This document shows positions 22,462-31,852 of a stretch of 32,000 bases of DNA, piece after piece. The number at the start of each line of letters is the position of its first letter. The stretch's first letter is position 1. The DNA is from an uncultured Erysipelotrichaceae bacterium (GTDB lineage: Bacteria; Bacillota_I; Bacilli_A; Erysipelotrichales; Erysipelotrichaceae). The stretch covers positions 1,530,001 through 1,562,000 of the forward strand of contig OW818653.1 of NCBI GenBank assembly GCA_942492995.1, given 5' to 3'. The position numbers and the translations under genes were made by a program. The notes below the pieces were generated by a model. The model worked only from the letters and a program-made list of their open reading frames with translations. It was not told where the DNA came from and did not search any database.

Positions 22462-22881
22462 ATGGCGTATAATTTACAACAAATGAAAAAAGTTAGTATT
22501 GGACACTATTTACGATATCATAGAGATCGACGTGATTTAACTCAAGCAGAAGTTGCGAAGGTTTTGAATTATAGTCAACAGACAATCGCTAAATGGGAAA
22601 ATTCTACATCGACACCAGATCCTATTTCGCTTTGTAATCTAGCGGATTTATATCAAGTAAGTTTAGATGAGTTATTAAGACATCCAATTGTAAAAGAAAC
22701 AAATGCGCCTTATTATACAAAAAAAGATGTCGTAGAGGATTGGATTCATTCACCAGGATTCAAAACTGTGTTTGAAATCAATGAATTGAATAAATCTCAG
22801 CTTCAACATCTTTCTAATCAATTAATTAGTACAATCGAACTCTTTAAAGGTACGATTAATTTCCAAGATTCCGAACAATAA
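22462..22881 (+). CDS. XRE-family helix-turn-helix transcriptional regulator
   Basis: 139 aa. HTH_3 pattern LTQAEVAKVLNYSQQTIAKWENSTSTPDPISLCNLADLYQVSLDELL, plus a ~65-aa C-terminal domain I do not recognise. No SD before ATG22462 or the in-frame ATG22483, so the start is uncertain. The 3' end overlaps convergent prmC by 26 nt. Confidence 0.75.
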   Translation: MAYNLQQMKKVSIGHYLRYHRDRRDLTQAEVAKVLNYSQQTIAKWENSTSTPDPISLCNLADLYQVSLDELLRHPIVKETNAPYYTKKDVVEDWIHSPGFKTVFEINELNKSQLQHLSNQLISTIELFKGTINFQDSEQ

Positions 22882-23704
22882 GCATACGATCTTTACCTTG
22901 CATATCTTTTATTACATCTATCTTAGCTAAAGGAAAATAACTACGCGCTAAATCCGTAAGGGTTTGACCTTGGTTCCATCCCATTTCAAAGGCTAAGATA
23001 TTTTTTTCATTTAATACATAATGCGCATTGGATAATACACTACGATAGAACTTTAATCCATCTTCACCACCAAATAAGGCAAGATGTGGTTCATAGGCTT
23101 TTACACTGTTTTGAATTTCTTCACCACTTGGAATATACGGTGGATTACATACAATCACATCCGCTTTAATCGCATGATCGATGAAAGGTTGTAACATATC
23201 CCCAACATAGAAATCGACTTTTACGTTAATATTATCCGCATTTCGTTGCGCTTGTTTAAGCGCATCTTCACTAATATCACTCGCAAACATATGGATTTGA
23301 GGACATTCTGCTTTAAGTGCACATGCGATTGCGCCACTTCCCGTCCCAACATCTAAAACAGTAATGGGTTGATCATCGAAATGCTCATCAATTTCTTGGA
23401 TGACATTAAGAACTAATTCTTCTGTTTCATAACGTGGAATTAATACATCTGAATTAACTTCAATCGGATATCCGTAGAAGTATTGAACACCCATCGCATA
23501 CGCTAATGGCATGTCTTCACAGAGTTTATCCATAATTGAATTAAACTTAGTTAACGTCAATTCATCAAGTTCTTCATTCATCTCAAGATAAAGATTTCGA
23601 CCTTGTTCAAGCAGAAGCTCATTCATGACATATTTAGCGTAATTCTCCGGAATATCGTGTTGAATTAAACGTTCTTCCGCAGCTTTAATAATTTTTACAA
23701 TCAC
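22856..23704 (-). CDS. prmC: Release-factor glutamine N5-methyltransferase
   Basis: 282 aa. SAM motif VLDVGTGSGAI and catalytic NPPY (VCNPPYIP). The GTG start overlaps the prfA stop (GTGA). Confidence 0.94.
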   Translation of the reverse strand: MIVKIIKAAEERLIQHDIPENYAKYVMNELLLEQGRNLYLEMNEELDELTLTKFNSIMDKLCEDMPLAYAMGVQYFYGYPIEVNSDVLIPRYETEELVLNVIQEIDEHFDDQPITVLDVGTGSGAIACALKAECPQIHMFASDISEDALKQAQRNADNINVKVDFYVGDMLQPFIDHAIKADVIVCNPPYIPSGEEIQNSVKAYEPHLALFGGEDGLKFYRSVLSNAHYVLNEKNILAFEMGWNQGQTLTDLARSYFPLAKIDVIKDMQGKDRMLIVRNLGN

Positions 23705-24786
23705 GATTGATTTCCTGCTAATTTTTGGCGTTGTTCCTCAATAAGAAGAGCTTCAACCACATCCCCTAATTTACCTTCCACAATTCGATCGAGTTGTTGG
23801 AGTGTTAATCCGATACGGTGATCGGTAACACGGTTTTGAGGATAGTTATACGTACGAATCTTTTCAGAACGATCTCCTGTCCCAATCTTATCGCGACGTG
23901 CAGCACCTTTTTCAGCTTCTGCTCGCTCTAACATTTCTTCAAACACACGTGCACGAATTAAGCGCATTGCGGTTGCTTTGTTATCATGTTGAGAACGTCC
24001 ATCTTGACAGTTAACAGAGATACCTGTTGGTGTATGTGTAATACGAACTGCAGAGTCTGTTTTATTAACGTGCTGTCCACCCGCTCCACTGGAACGATGT
24101 GTTTCAATCACTAAGTCAGCAGGATTGATATCAATTTCTTCTTCTTCAATATCTGGCATAACTAATACAGTTGCGGTAGATGTATGAATACGACCTTGTG
24201 TTTCTGTTTTTGGGACACGTTGTACGCGATGTGACCCTGATTCAAACTTTAGATGTTTAAATGGTTCATTCCCTTTCACAAAGAATGAAATAAGGGTATA
24301 ACCACCTGCCTCAGCTTCGGTCGCTTCCATGATTTCTATCTTCCAACCCATTAATTCTGCATAACGGCTATACATACGGTATAAATCACCCGCAAATATG
24401 TTACCTTCATCTCCACCTGCTGCCCCACGAATTTCAATAATCGCATTGTGGTCATCATTTGGATCTTTCGGGATAAGTAATAATTGTAGTTTTTCTAATA
24501 GTGCTTCTTTTTGTGGATTCAATTCTTCTAATTCAGCTTGCGCCATTTCAACCATTTCCGCATCTTTTTCATGTAACATGCTTTGTGCTTCTTTGATGTG
24601 TTGAATCGTAGCTTTTAATTCTGAATATGCCTCAATAACCTGTCTTAAAGAAGCTTGTTCCTTCGCAAGCTTTGCGTACTCTCTTGAATTACCCAATACT
24701 TCAGGTTTTATCAATATTTCTTCTAATTCGTAGTATCGCTCATTCATACTCTCTAAGCGATTAATCATTACATCGTAACTTTCCAT
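23701..24786 (-). CDS. prfA: Peptide chain release factor 1
   Basis: The ORF opens at GTG24801; ATG24786 (MESYDVM...) follows GAGGAA by 3-5 nt. GGQ motif SGAGGQHVNK; PxT-type tripeptide region (RVQRVPKTETQGRIHTS). Confidence 0.97.
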   Translation of the reverse strand: MESYDVMINRLESMNERYYELEEILIKPEVLGNSREYAKLAKEQASLRQVIEAYSELKATIQHIKEAQSMLHEKDAEMVEMAQAELEELNPQKEALLEKLQLLLIPKDPNDDHNAIIEIRGAAGGDEGNIFAGDLYRMYSRYAELMGWKIEIMEATEAEAGGYTLISFFVKGNEPFKHLKFESGSHRVQRVPKTETQGRIHTSTATVLVMPDIEEEEIDINPADLVIETHRSSGAGGQHVNKTDSAVRITHTPTGISVNCQDGRSQHDNKATAMRLIRARVFEEMLERAEAEKGAARRDKIGTGDRSEKIRTYNYPQNRVTDHRIGLTLQQLDRIVEGKLGDVVEALLIEEQRQKLAGNQS

Positions 24787-24806
24787 AATTTCCTCACTCA
24801 CAATAA

Positions 24807-24825
24807 AGTAACCAGTGCGGTTACT
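24807..24825 (-). terminator. Weak hairpin between tdk and prfA (possible partial terminator)
   Basis: 7-bp stem AGTAACC/GGTTACT with a 5-nt loop. On the minus strand only a moderately U-rich tail follows (TTATTGTG). Confidence 0.3.
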
Positions 24826-24833
24826 ATTTTTAT

Positions 24834-25430
24834 TTAATCTGTTATTTCTGGTTTGCCAATAACTTCATGACAATGGCGACAACGTGCTTCATACGCTTCC
24901 GCAGCCCCAACCATGATGATTGGATCTGTGAATTGAGCAGGTTTTCCATTGACTAAACGTTGTGTACGGGTTGCTGGTGCACCACATTTCATACAAACCG
25001 CTGTAAGTTTTGTGACAAATTCCGCATCCGTAATCAAGCGTGGCATTACCCCAAAAGGCTCTGCTCTAAAATCGGTATCAAGACCTGCACACATTACACG
25101 CTTACCTTTTTTAGCTAGGTAATCGCAAACAAGTAACACATCTTCATCAAAAAACTGTATTTCATCAATTGCGATAACATCCGTATCATCCTTCACAAAA
25201 TCAAGAATGGAACGTGCATCTGGCACAACGATACTTTCTACTGAACTCCCCGCATGTGATACAACTTTTGTATTACTGTAACGATTATCGATGGCTGGTT
25301 TGAAGACCAACACATTCTTTTTCGCAAATTCCAACGTTTTAATTCTACGGATTAACTCTTCTGTTTTCCCCGCAAACATACAACCTGAAATAACCTCGAT
25401 ATAACCTGGACGATACATTTGATACATCAT
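24834..25430 (-). CDS. tdk: Thymidine kinase
   Basis: 198 aa. P-loop GCMFAGKTEEL and C-terminal zinc cluster CMKCG...CRHCH. SD GAGGGG. Confidence 0.96.
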   Translation of the reverse strand: MMYQMYRPGYIEVISGCMFAGKTEELIRRIKTLEFAKKNVLVFKPAIDNRYSNTKVVSHAGSSVESIVVPDARSILDFVKDDTDVIAIDEIQFFDEDVLLVCDYLAKKGKRVMCAGLDTDFRAEPFGVMPRLITDAEFVTKLTAVCMKCGAPATRTQRLVNGKPAQFTDPIIMVGAAEAYEARCRHCHEVIGKPEITD

Positions 25431-25456
25431 ATTATTAACCCCTCATGTTCAAATTT

Positions 25457-25465
25457 ATTGTAGCA
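25457..25465 (-). promoter_or_regulatory. Candidate extended -10 element for tdk-prfA-prmC
   Basis: On the minus strand: TGcTACAAT (25465-25457) between the rpmE terminator and the tdk SD. The -35 is weak. Confidence 0.35.
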
Positions 25466-25471
25466 TACTAA

Positions 25472-25499
25472 CAAAATAAAAGAGAACGAATGTCCTCTT
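25472..25499 (-). terminator. Rho-independent terminator of rpmE
   Basis: On the minus strand: AGAGGAC ATTC GTTCTCT (one G-U pair) followed by TTTTATTTTG. The stem overlaps the rpmE stop codon. Confidence 0.65.
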
Positions 25500-25701
25500 A
25501 TTTATTACCGTATTTACGATTAAACTTTTCAATTCGTCCCTGTGCTTGCGCGAAGCGTTGACGTCCTGTATAGAAAGGATGACAATTTGAGCAAGTATCA
25601 ATTTTAATTTCTTTTAAGATTGAACCTGATTCAAATTCATTTCCACAAGATGTGCAGTGTACAGTGACTTTGTTGTAAGTTGGATGAATTCCGCTTTTCA
25701 T
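25498..25701 (-). CDS. rpmE: 50S ribosomal protein L31 (zinc-binding type A)
   Basis: 67 aa. MKSGIHPTY..., with Cys pairs CTSCG and [18 protein letters not shown]. Confidence 0.97.
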   Translation of the reverse strand: MKSGIHPTYNKVTVHCTSCGNEFESGSILKEIKIDTCSNCHPFYTGRQRFAQAQGRIEKFNRKYGNK

Positions 25702-25756
25702 AACATTTTCTCCTTCCGCCTTGAATTTCTGATCAATTCAAAGTAAGTGCGTGTTT

Positions 25757-25785
25757 AATATATCATAGTTCAAATTAACATGCAA
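25757..25785 (-). promoter_or_regulatory. Sigma-A type promoter for rpmE
   Basis: On the minus strand: TTGCAT (25785-25780), 17-bp spacer, TATATT (25762-25757). The predicted 5' UTR is about 50 nt and contains a 7-bp hairpin (25721-25741). Confidence 0.5.
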
Positions 25786-25814
25786 TAATGATTAACATCG
25801 TTTTTATTAATCGA

Positions 25815-25849
25815 TAAAAAAAGAGGTATTCATTTGGGAACACCTCTCA
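25815..25849 (-). terminator. Rho-independent terminator about 155 nt downstream of the murA stop
   Basis: On the minus strand: AGAGGTGTTC CCAAAT GAATACCTCT (one G-U pair) followed by T7 (+ strand A-run 25815-25822). Confidence 0.7.
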
Positions 25850-25908
25850 CCTATCGAAAATATTTGTCTGTTTGAACCCGAATGTCTTAATAACTATTTT
25901 CGATTAGG
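25850..25908. repeat. Long imperfect inverted repeat in the murA 3' region
   Basis: CCTATCGAAAATA (25850-25862) and TATTTTCGATTAGG (25895-25908) form 13/14-nt arms with one bulge around a 32-nt spacer. The repeat lies immediately upstream (minus sense) of the terminator at 25815-25849. Confidence 0.55.
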
Positions 25909-26004
25909 TATCCCCACAAACATTAATGTATCACTTTTTTAAACAAAATAAATCAATTTGCTATAACTTGTCTATTTTTGTGTTTAATTAGTTAGAATAA
26001 CGGC

Positions 26005-27270
26005 TTATTCAACCACTTCACGCCATATCTTAGCGCCAAGTGCACTCAATTTACCATCAAGATTCTCATAACCGCGATCGATATGATATACATCATGAAT
26101 CTCTGTTATACCTTCCGCAATTAATCCCGCCACAACTAAGCTAGCGCCACATCTTAAATCTGTCGCGGTTACCTTATCACCATAAAGTCTTGAAGGACCA
26201 TGGATAATCGCAGAACCCGACATGATGTTAATATTCGCACCCATACGTTGTAGTTCTACACAATGTTTGAAACGTTCAACATATATGGTTTCTTTTACAG
26301 TTGATTCACCATTTGCACGTGTTAATAAAGGCGTAAGAGGTTGTTGAAGATCGGTAGGGAAGCCAGGATAAGGAAGTGTCTGAATATCCACATCCTTTAA
26401 ATGATCCGTTCCACGTACAGTTACTTTATCAATTTCGATGTCCATTGGAACACCCATTTCTTCAAGCTTAGATAATAGAGCTTCTAAGTGATGTGGAATA
26501 ACATTTTCAATCACAACTTCTTCTGCTGCGGCTGCCGCAATCACAATCATTGTTCCTGCTTCAATACGATCAGGAATTATTTCATGTGTACATCCTACTA
26601 AATCGGTTACACCATCAATGGTAATGATATTTGTTCCAGCACCACGTATTTGTGCACCCATTTTATTTAACATCGTTGCGACATCAATAATCTCTGGTTC
26701 TTTTGCCGCATTCTCAATTGAAGTACGACCCTTCGCAAATACAGCTGCCATCATAATATTAATGGTTGCGCCAACGGATGGGATATCTAGATAGATCTTC
26801 GCCCCAACCAATTCTTTCGCAAATATTTTATAGCTTCCTTGTGAGTATTCAATTTCAGCCCCAAGTGCTTCAAATCCTTTTAGATGTAAATCTATTGGTC
26901 TAGGACCGAGGTAACATCCCCCAGGCATCTTCATATTCACTTGTTTATAACGACCTAAAAGCGCACCCATAAAGTAATAGGACGCACGTAATTTCTGTAC
27001 TGTAGGATGATCCAATGCAATATTAATCATTTCACTTGGATCAATTTCTAAATGTTCATCGCCATGTTGAATGACTTTTACATTCAATGAGTTTAATAAC
27101 TGACTTAAATGACCTACATCTGAGATGTTAGGTACACCGTATATATTTACACTACCTTTTGTGGCTAAGATACTTGCTGGAATAAGCGCAACCGTCGCAT
27201 TCTTCGATCCGCTAATTCTTACACTTCCTCTTAGTTTATGTCCACCTTCTATTTTAAGTACTTCTTCCAT
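26005..27270 (-). CDS. murA: UDP-N-acetylglucosamine 1-carboxyvinyltransferase
   Basis: The ORF opens at 27366; ATG27270 ([25 protein letters not shown]...) matches the canonical MurA N-terminus and follows GGAGA by 9 nt. Active-site Cys in [14 protein letters not shown]. Confidence 0.96.
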   Translation of the reverse strand: MEEVLKIEGGHKLRGSVRISGSKNATVALIPASILATKGSVNIYGVPNISDVGHLSQLLNSLNVKVIQHGDEHLEIDPSEMINIALDHPTVQKLRASYYFMGALLGRYKQVNMKMPGGCYLGPRPIDLHLKGFEALGAEIEYSQGSYKIFAKELVGAKIYLDIPSVGATINIMMAAVFAKGRTSIENAAKEPEIIDVATMLNKMGAQIRGAGTNIITIDGVTDLVGCTHEIIPDRIEAGTMIVIAAAAAEEVVIENVIPHHLEALLSKLEEMGVPMDIEIDKVTVRGTDHLKDVDIQTLPYPGFPTDLQQPLTPLLTRANGESTVKETIYVERFKHCVELQRMGANINIMSGSAIIHGPSRLYGDKVTATDLRCGASLVVAGLIAEGITEIHDVYHIDRGYENLDGKLSALGAKIWREVVE

Positions 27271-27320
27271 TGTTGAAATCTCCATAGTTATTTTAGCACA
27301 GTCTAAGTGTGAATTATAGT

Positions 27321-27346
27321 AACACAAAAACAGGCTATTGCCTGTT

Positions 27347-27348
<2 letters not shown>
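27321..27348 (-). terminator. Rho-independent terminator of pyrG
   Basis: On the minus strand: AAAACAGGC AATA GCCTGTTTT then TGTGTT. The stem overlaps the pyrG stop codon (27347-27349). Confidence 0.7.
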
Positions 27349-29012
<1,664 letters not shown>

Positions 29013-29018
29013 TTTAAT

Positions 29019-29047
29019 ATAGTATCAAAGAGTAACCCTAAATTCAA
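29019..29047 (-). promoter_or_regulatory. Sigma-A type promoter of pyrG
   Basis: On the minus strand: TTGAAT (29047-29042), 17-bp spacer, TACTAT (29024-29019). The predicted +1 is the first G of GGGC (29012). Confidence 0.6.
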
Positions 29048-29183
29048 TGTTTTTCGGCAGTATCACAATACTTCACATAAATAATTTCAATTTAGAACAT
29101 ATACACATAGGTTAAGTATTTCAATAAAATTCTTATAAATTGAGTATGATTAATTGTTTAAAACTCCCCAAATACTTGTTTTT

Positions 29184-29756
29184 TTAAAGTATATTTGAGA
29201 AATCAAACCATTTAAAATCAATTCTCTTAATAAAGTAAATGTACGCTATTATACTCATAATACTTTGAACTACAAAAATAAATATGTACCTCATAATATC
29301 AATATCGGCTGGCCCAAAATCCAAATAGACAACAATTAGCGCTATTATTGGGTCAATGGCTAAAAGTAATAAACGGTAGATATAGAGTTTTGAAAAACCT
29401 AATTTATTGTTAGAATATTTAGTCTTAAACAAAAGAAACACAATACTTAAGTTTAAAATCATAAACAATATATGATAATAATTCGTAATATAAGAAAAGT
29501 ACATAATAAGATCATAATTGAAAAGAGTTGAAAAATTAGAATACACATCTTTAATTTGGTTAATTCCTAAAACTAAGGTATAGAATACGCCAAAGTTAAA
29601 CAAGAAATTAAAATACTTTAAAGGTTTCCCTTTCCCAAAGCTTTTATTTGTTTCTACTTCAAATTCTGAACCACATACTGCACAAAATCTATTATCTATA
29701 TCGCATTCAGATTCACAATGCGAACATACCTTTTTGCTTATTACTTCTGTTTCCAT
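29184..29756 (-). CDS. Zinc-ribbon domain membrane protein (hypothetical)
   Basis: 190 aa. N-terminal CxxC-x9-CxxC (CSHCESECDIDNRFCAVCG), then about four TM helices. The DNA is very AT-rich. It has a G-rich SD (GGGGGGAAT before the ATG) and its own promoter-like TATAAT. Confidence 0.65.
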   Translation of the reverse strand: METEVISKKVCSHCESECDIDNRFCAVCGSEFEVETNKSFGKGKPLKYFNFLFNFGVFYTLVLGINQIKDVYSNFSTLFNYDLIMYFSYITNYYHILFMILNLSIVFLLFKTKYSNNKLGFSKLYIYRLLLLAIDPIIALIVVYLDFGPADIDIMRYIFIFVVQSIMSIIAYIYFIKRIDFKWFDFSNIL

Positions 29757-29776
29757 ATTCCCCCCACATAGAGCTA

Positions 29777-29805
29777 ATTATATCGTTTATATCCTTTAAG
29801 ATAAA
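29777..29805 (-). promoter_or_regulatory. Candidate promoter for the zinc-ribbon membrane protein gene
   Basis: On the minus strand: TTTATC (29805-29800), 17-bp spacer, TATAAT (29782-29777). The -35 overlaps the U-tract of the rpoE terminator. Confidence 0.45.
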
Positions 29806-29829
29806 CAAAAAGTCACATATAGCGACTTT
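29803..29829 (-). terminator. Rho-independent terminator of rpoE
   Basis: On the minus strand: AAAGTCGC TATAT GTGACTTT (one G-U pair, which pairs on the minus strand only) followed by TTGTTTAT. Confidence 0.65.
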
Positions 29830-29860
29830 AATGTTAATCAATTAATATTGATAGATAAGC

Positions 29861-30208
29861 TTATTCTTCCTCTTCGTCGCGTTGACTAACTTCTTCATCC
29901 TCGACATTTAAGTACTCTTCAACTTCATCATCACTTAGGTATTCATCTTCACCTAAGATTGCGCTTGTATCCACATGTGTTTCGTTATACGTACGACGTG
30001 AACGAAGATCCCACATATTTTCCGCAAGTGGCGCAAAACGTACATCCAACATCATCGCTGAATAGAATTGAGCAATTTTGTTTTCTGCTTGTGTTTGGTT
30101 AAATCCTAAGGATTCGACGACTTTATTCCATAAATCTAAGAACGCAATTTCGTTCTTTTGTGCGCTTAATACCTCAAACGCAACATCTAACATTGATCGA
30201 CTAGTCAT
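29861..30208 (-). CDS. rpoE: DNA-directed RNA polymerase subunit delta
   Basis: 115 aa. N-terminal HARE-HTH-like domain (SMLDVAFEVL...FYSAMMLDVRF...WDLRSR) and a short acidic tail (DDEVEEYLNVEDEEVSQRDEEEE). SD AGGAGG. Confidence 0.9.
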   Translation of the reverse strand: MTSRSMLDVAFEVLSAQKNEIAFLDLWNKVVESLGFNQTQAENKIAQFYSAMMLDVRFAPLAENMWDLRSRRTYNETHVDTSAILGEDEYLSDDEVEEYLNVEDEEVSQRDEEEE

Positions 30209-30217
30209 TTAATCCTC

Positions 30218-31852
30218 CTACATCTTTTCAGGTGCACTTACACCAATTAGGGATAAGGCATTTCTTAAGGTAATCTGGGTAGCTTTTACTAAAGCTAAAC
30301 GTTGTTGGCGAAGTTCTTCTTCCGCATGTAATACAATACACTCCCCATAAAATGTATGGAAACTTGCGGCTAACTTCTGGATAAATAGGCAAACAATATG
30401 CGGTTGACGAGCAAGTGCTGAATCTTGAATTAATTGTGGGAAGTCCGCAATTAGTTTTAATAAATCCATTTCTTTTTCATGAACGATTAAATCAAAATTT
30501 TCACAATCTGTCAATTCTGCTTGTCTTAATATAGAACACATACGAGCATGTGCATATTGGGCATAGTATACAGGATTATCATTTGTTTTGGAATTTGCCA
30601 TATCCAAATCTAAATCCATGTGAGTATCGCCTGCTTTGGATACGAAGTAGTATCTTACCGCATCAACTCCTGCCTCATCGATTAAATCTTTTAAGGCAAC
30701 TGCTTTTCCTGTACGTTTACTTAACTTAAATTCTTGACCATCTTTTATCATACGTGCCATTTGAATGATATCTACCATTAAATCTTCACGTTTGAATCCA
30801 AGTGATATGAATGCGGCTTGTAGACGAGCGATATAACCATGGTGATCTGCACCTAATAGATTAACAAGCTTATCAAATCCACGTTCTTTTTTATTTAAGT
30901 GGTACGCAATATCTGGAAGGATATACGTATATGAACCATCGGATTTGATTAGAACTCTGTCTTTGTCATCTCCGTATTCTGTTGTACGCAACCATAGAGC
31001 ACCATCTAATTCATAGGTATGCCCATTCTTAATGAGTGTATCTAATGACTTTTGGACGAGATTTCTATCGTATAGAGATTGTTCAGAACTCCATACATCA
31101 AATTCAACTCTAAATAGCTTTAGATCATCTCTTAGTTTTGCGGTTTCTTTTTCAAGCCCAACTTTTCTAAAATACGCTAAACTATCACTTACTGGTACAT
31201 CTTTATATTCATCCTTAATCTCAGCGTATAAATCATTCGCTATCTCGATTAAATCTTTACCATGATAACCATCTTCCGGTACGCTAACTTCCAAACCACA
31301 GGCTTGTAAATAGCGTGCTTGAAGGGATTTAGCCATATTGTTAATCTGATTGCCTGCATCATTGAGATAATACTCACGCGTCACATCAAATCCAGCTTTT
31401 TTCATGATACGAGTTAGTGAATCACCAATCGCAGCACCACGTGCATGACCAGGATGTAAATCACCTGTTGGATTTGCTGATACATACTCTACGTTATATT
31501 TAATTGGATGATCAACTTTCGTTTCACCATAACATTCATTCTCAGATAATACCGTACGAATCACTTGCGTTAAGATATCTTTCTTAAGGAATAGATTAAT
31601 AAATCCAGCCCCCGCAATATCAGTCTTATCAATTGTACTGTTATCTAATTGATCAATAATACTTTGTGCAATTAATCTTGGATTACTCTTTAATTGTTTC
31701 GTCAAACGCATTGCGATATTACTTGAATAATCGCCTTGTTCCTTAAACTTAGGCACTTCAATTACTATTTCTTCACTCGTAATTTCAATCTCAAAAGCTT
31801 TCAATACAGCTTGTTTAAGATTCTCTTTTAATGCATGTTCAATTTGATTCAT
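30218..31852 (-). CDS. argS: Arginine--tRNA ligase
   Basis: 544 aa. Class I HIGH-type motif NPTGDLHPGHARG, KMSK-like region (FKLSKRTG) and a C-terminal DALR anticodon-binding domain. ATGA overlap with the upstream ORF. Confidence 0.97.
   Translation of the reverse strand: MNQIEHALKENLKQAVLKAFEIEITSEEIVIEVPKFKEQGDYSSNIAMRLTKQLKSNPRLIAQSIIDQLDNSTIDKTDIAGAGFINLFLKKDILTQVIRTVLSENECYGETKVDHPIKYNVEYVSANPTGDLHPGHARGAAIGDSLTRIMKKAGFDVTREYYLNDAGNQINNMAKSLQARYLQACGLEVSVPEDGYHGKDLIEIANDLYAEIKDEYKDVPVSDSLAYFRKVGLEKETAKLRDDLKLFRVEFDVWSSEQSLYDRNLVQKSLDTLIKNGHTYELDGALWLRTTEYGDDKDRVLIKSDGSYTYILPDIAYHLNKKERGFDKLVNLLGADHHGYIARLQAAFISLGFKREDLMVDIIQMARMIKDGQEFKLSKRTGKAVALKDLIDEAGVDAVRYYFVSKAGDTHMDLDLDMANSKTNDNPVYYAQYAHARMCSILRQAELTDCENFDLIVHEKEMDLLKLIADFPQLIQDSALARQPHIVCLFIQKLAASFHTFYGECIVLHAEEELRQQRLALVKATQITLRNALSLIGVSAPEKM

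Noticed and set aside
25871-25880. CGGGTTCAAA (minus strand) resembling a tRNA T-loop, considered as a tRNA remnant or att site
   Set aside because: There is no complementary T-stem 3' arm, no acceptor stem and no anticodon arm nearby. It is an isolated 10-mer resemblance only.
25850-26004. Tiny ORFs in the murA-rpmE spacer (a 9-aa minus-strand ORF, a 13-aa TTG-initiated + strand ORF, and a 21-aa + strand ORF)
   Set aside because: They are too short and lack credible SD/start combinations. The apparent AAGAGG is part of the terminator stem.
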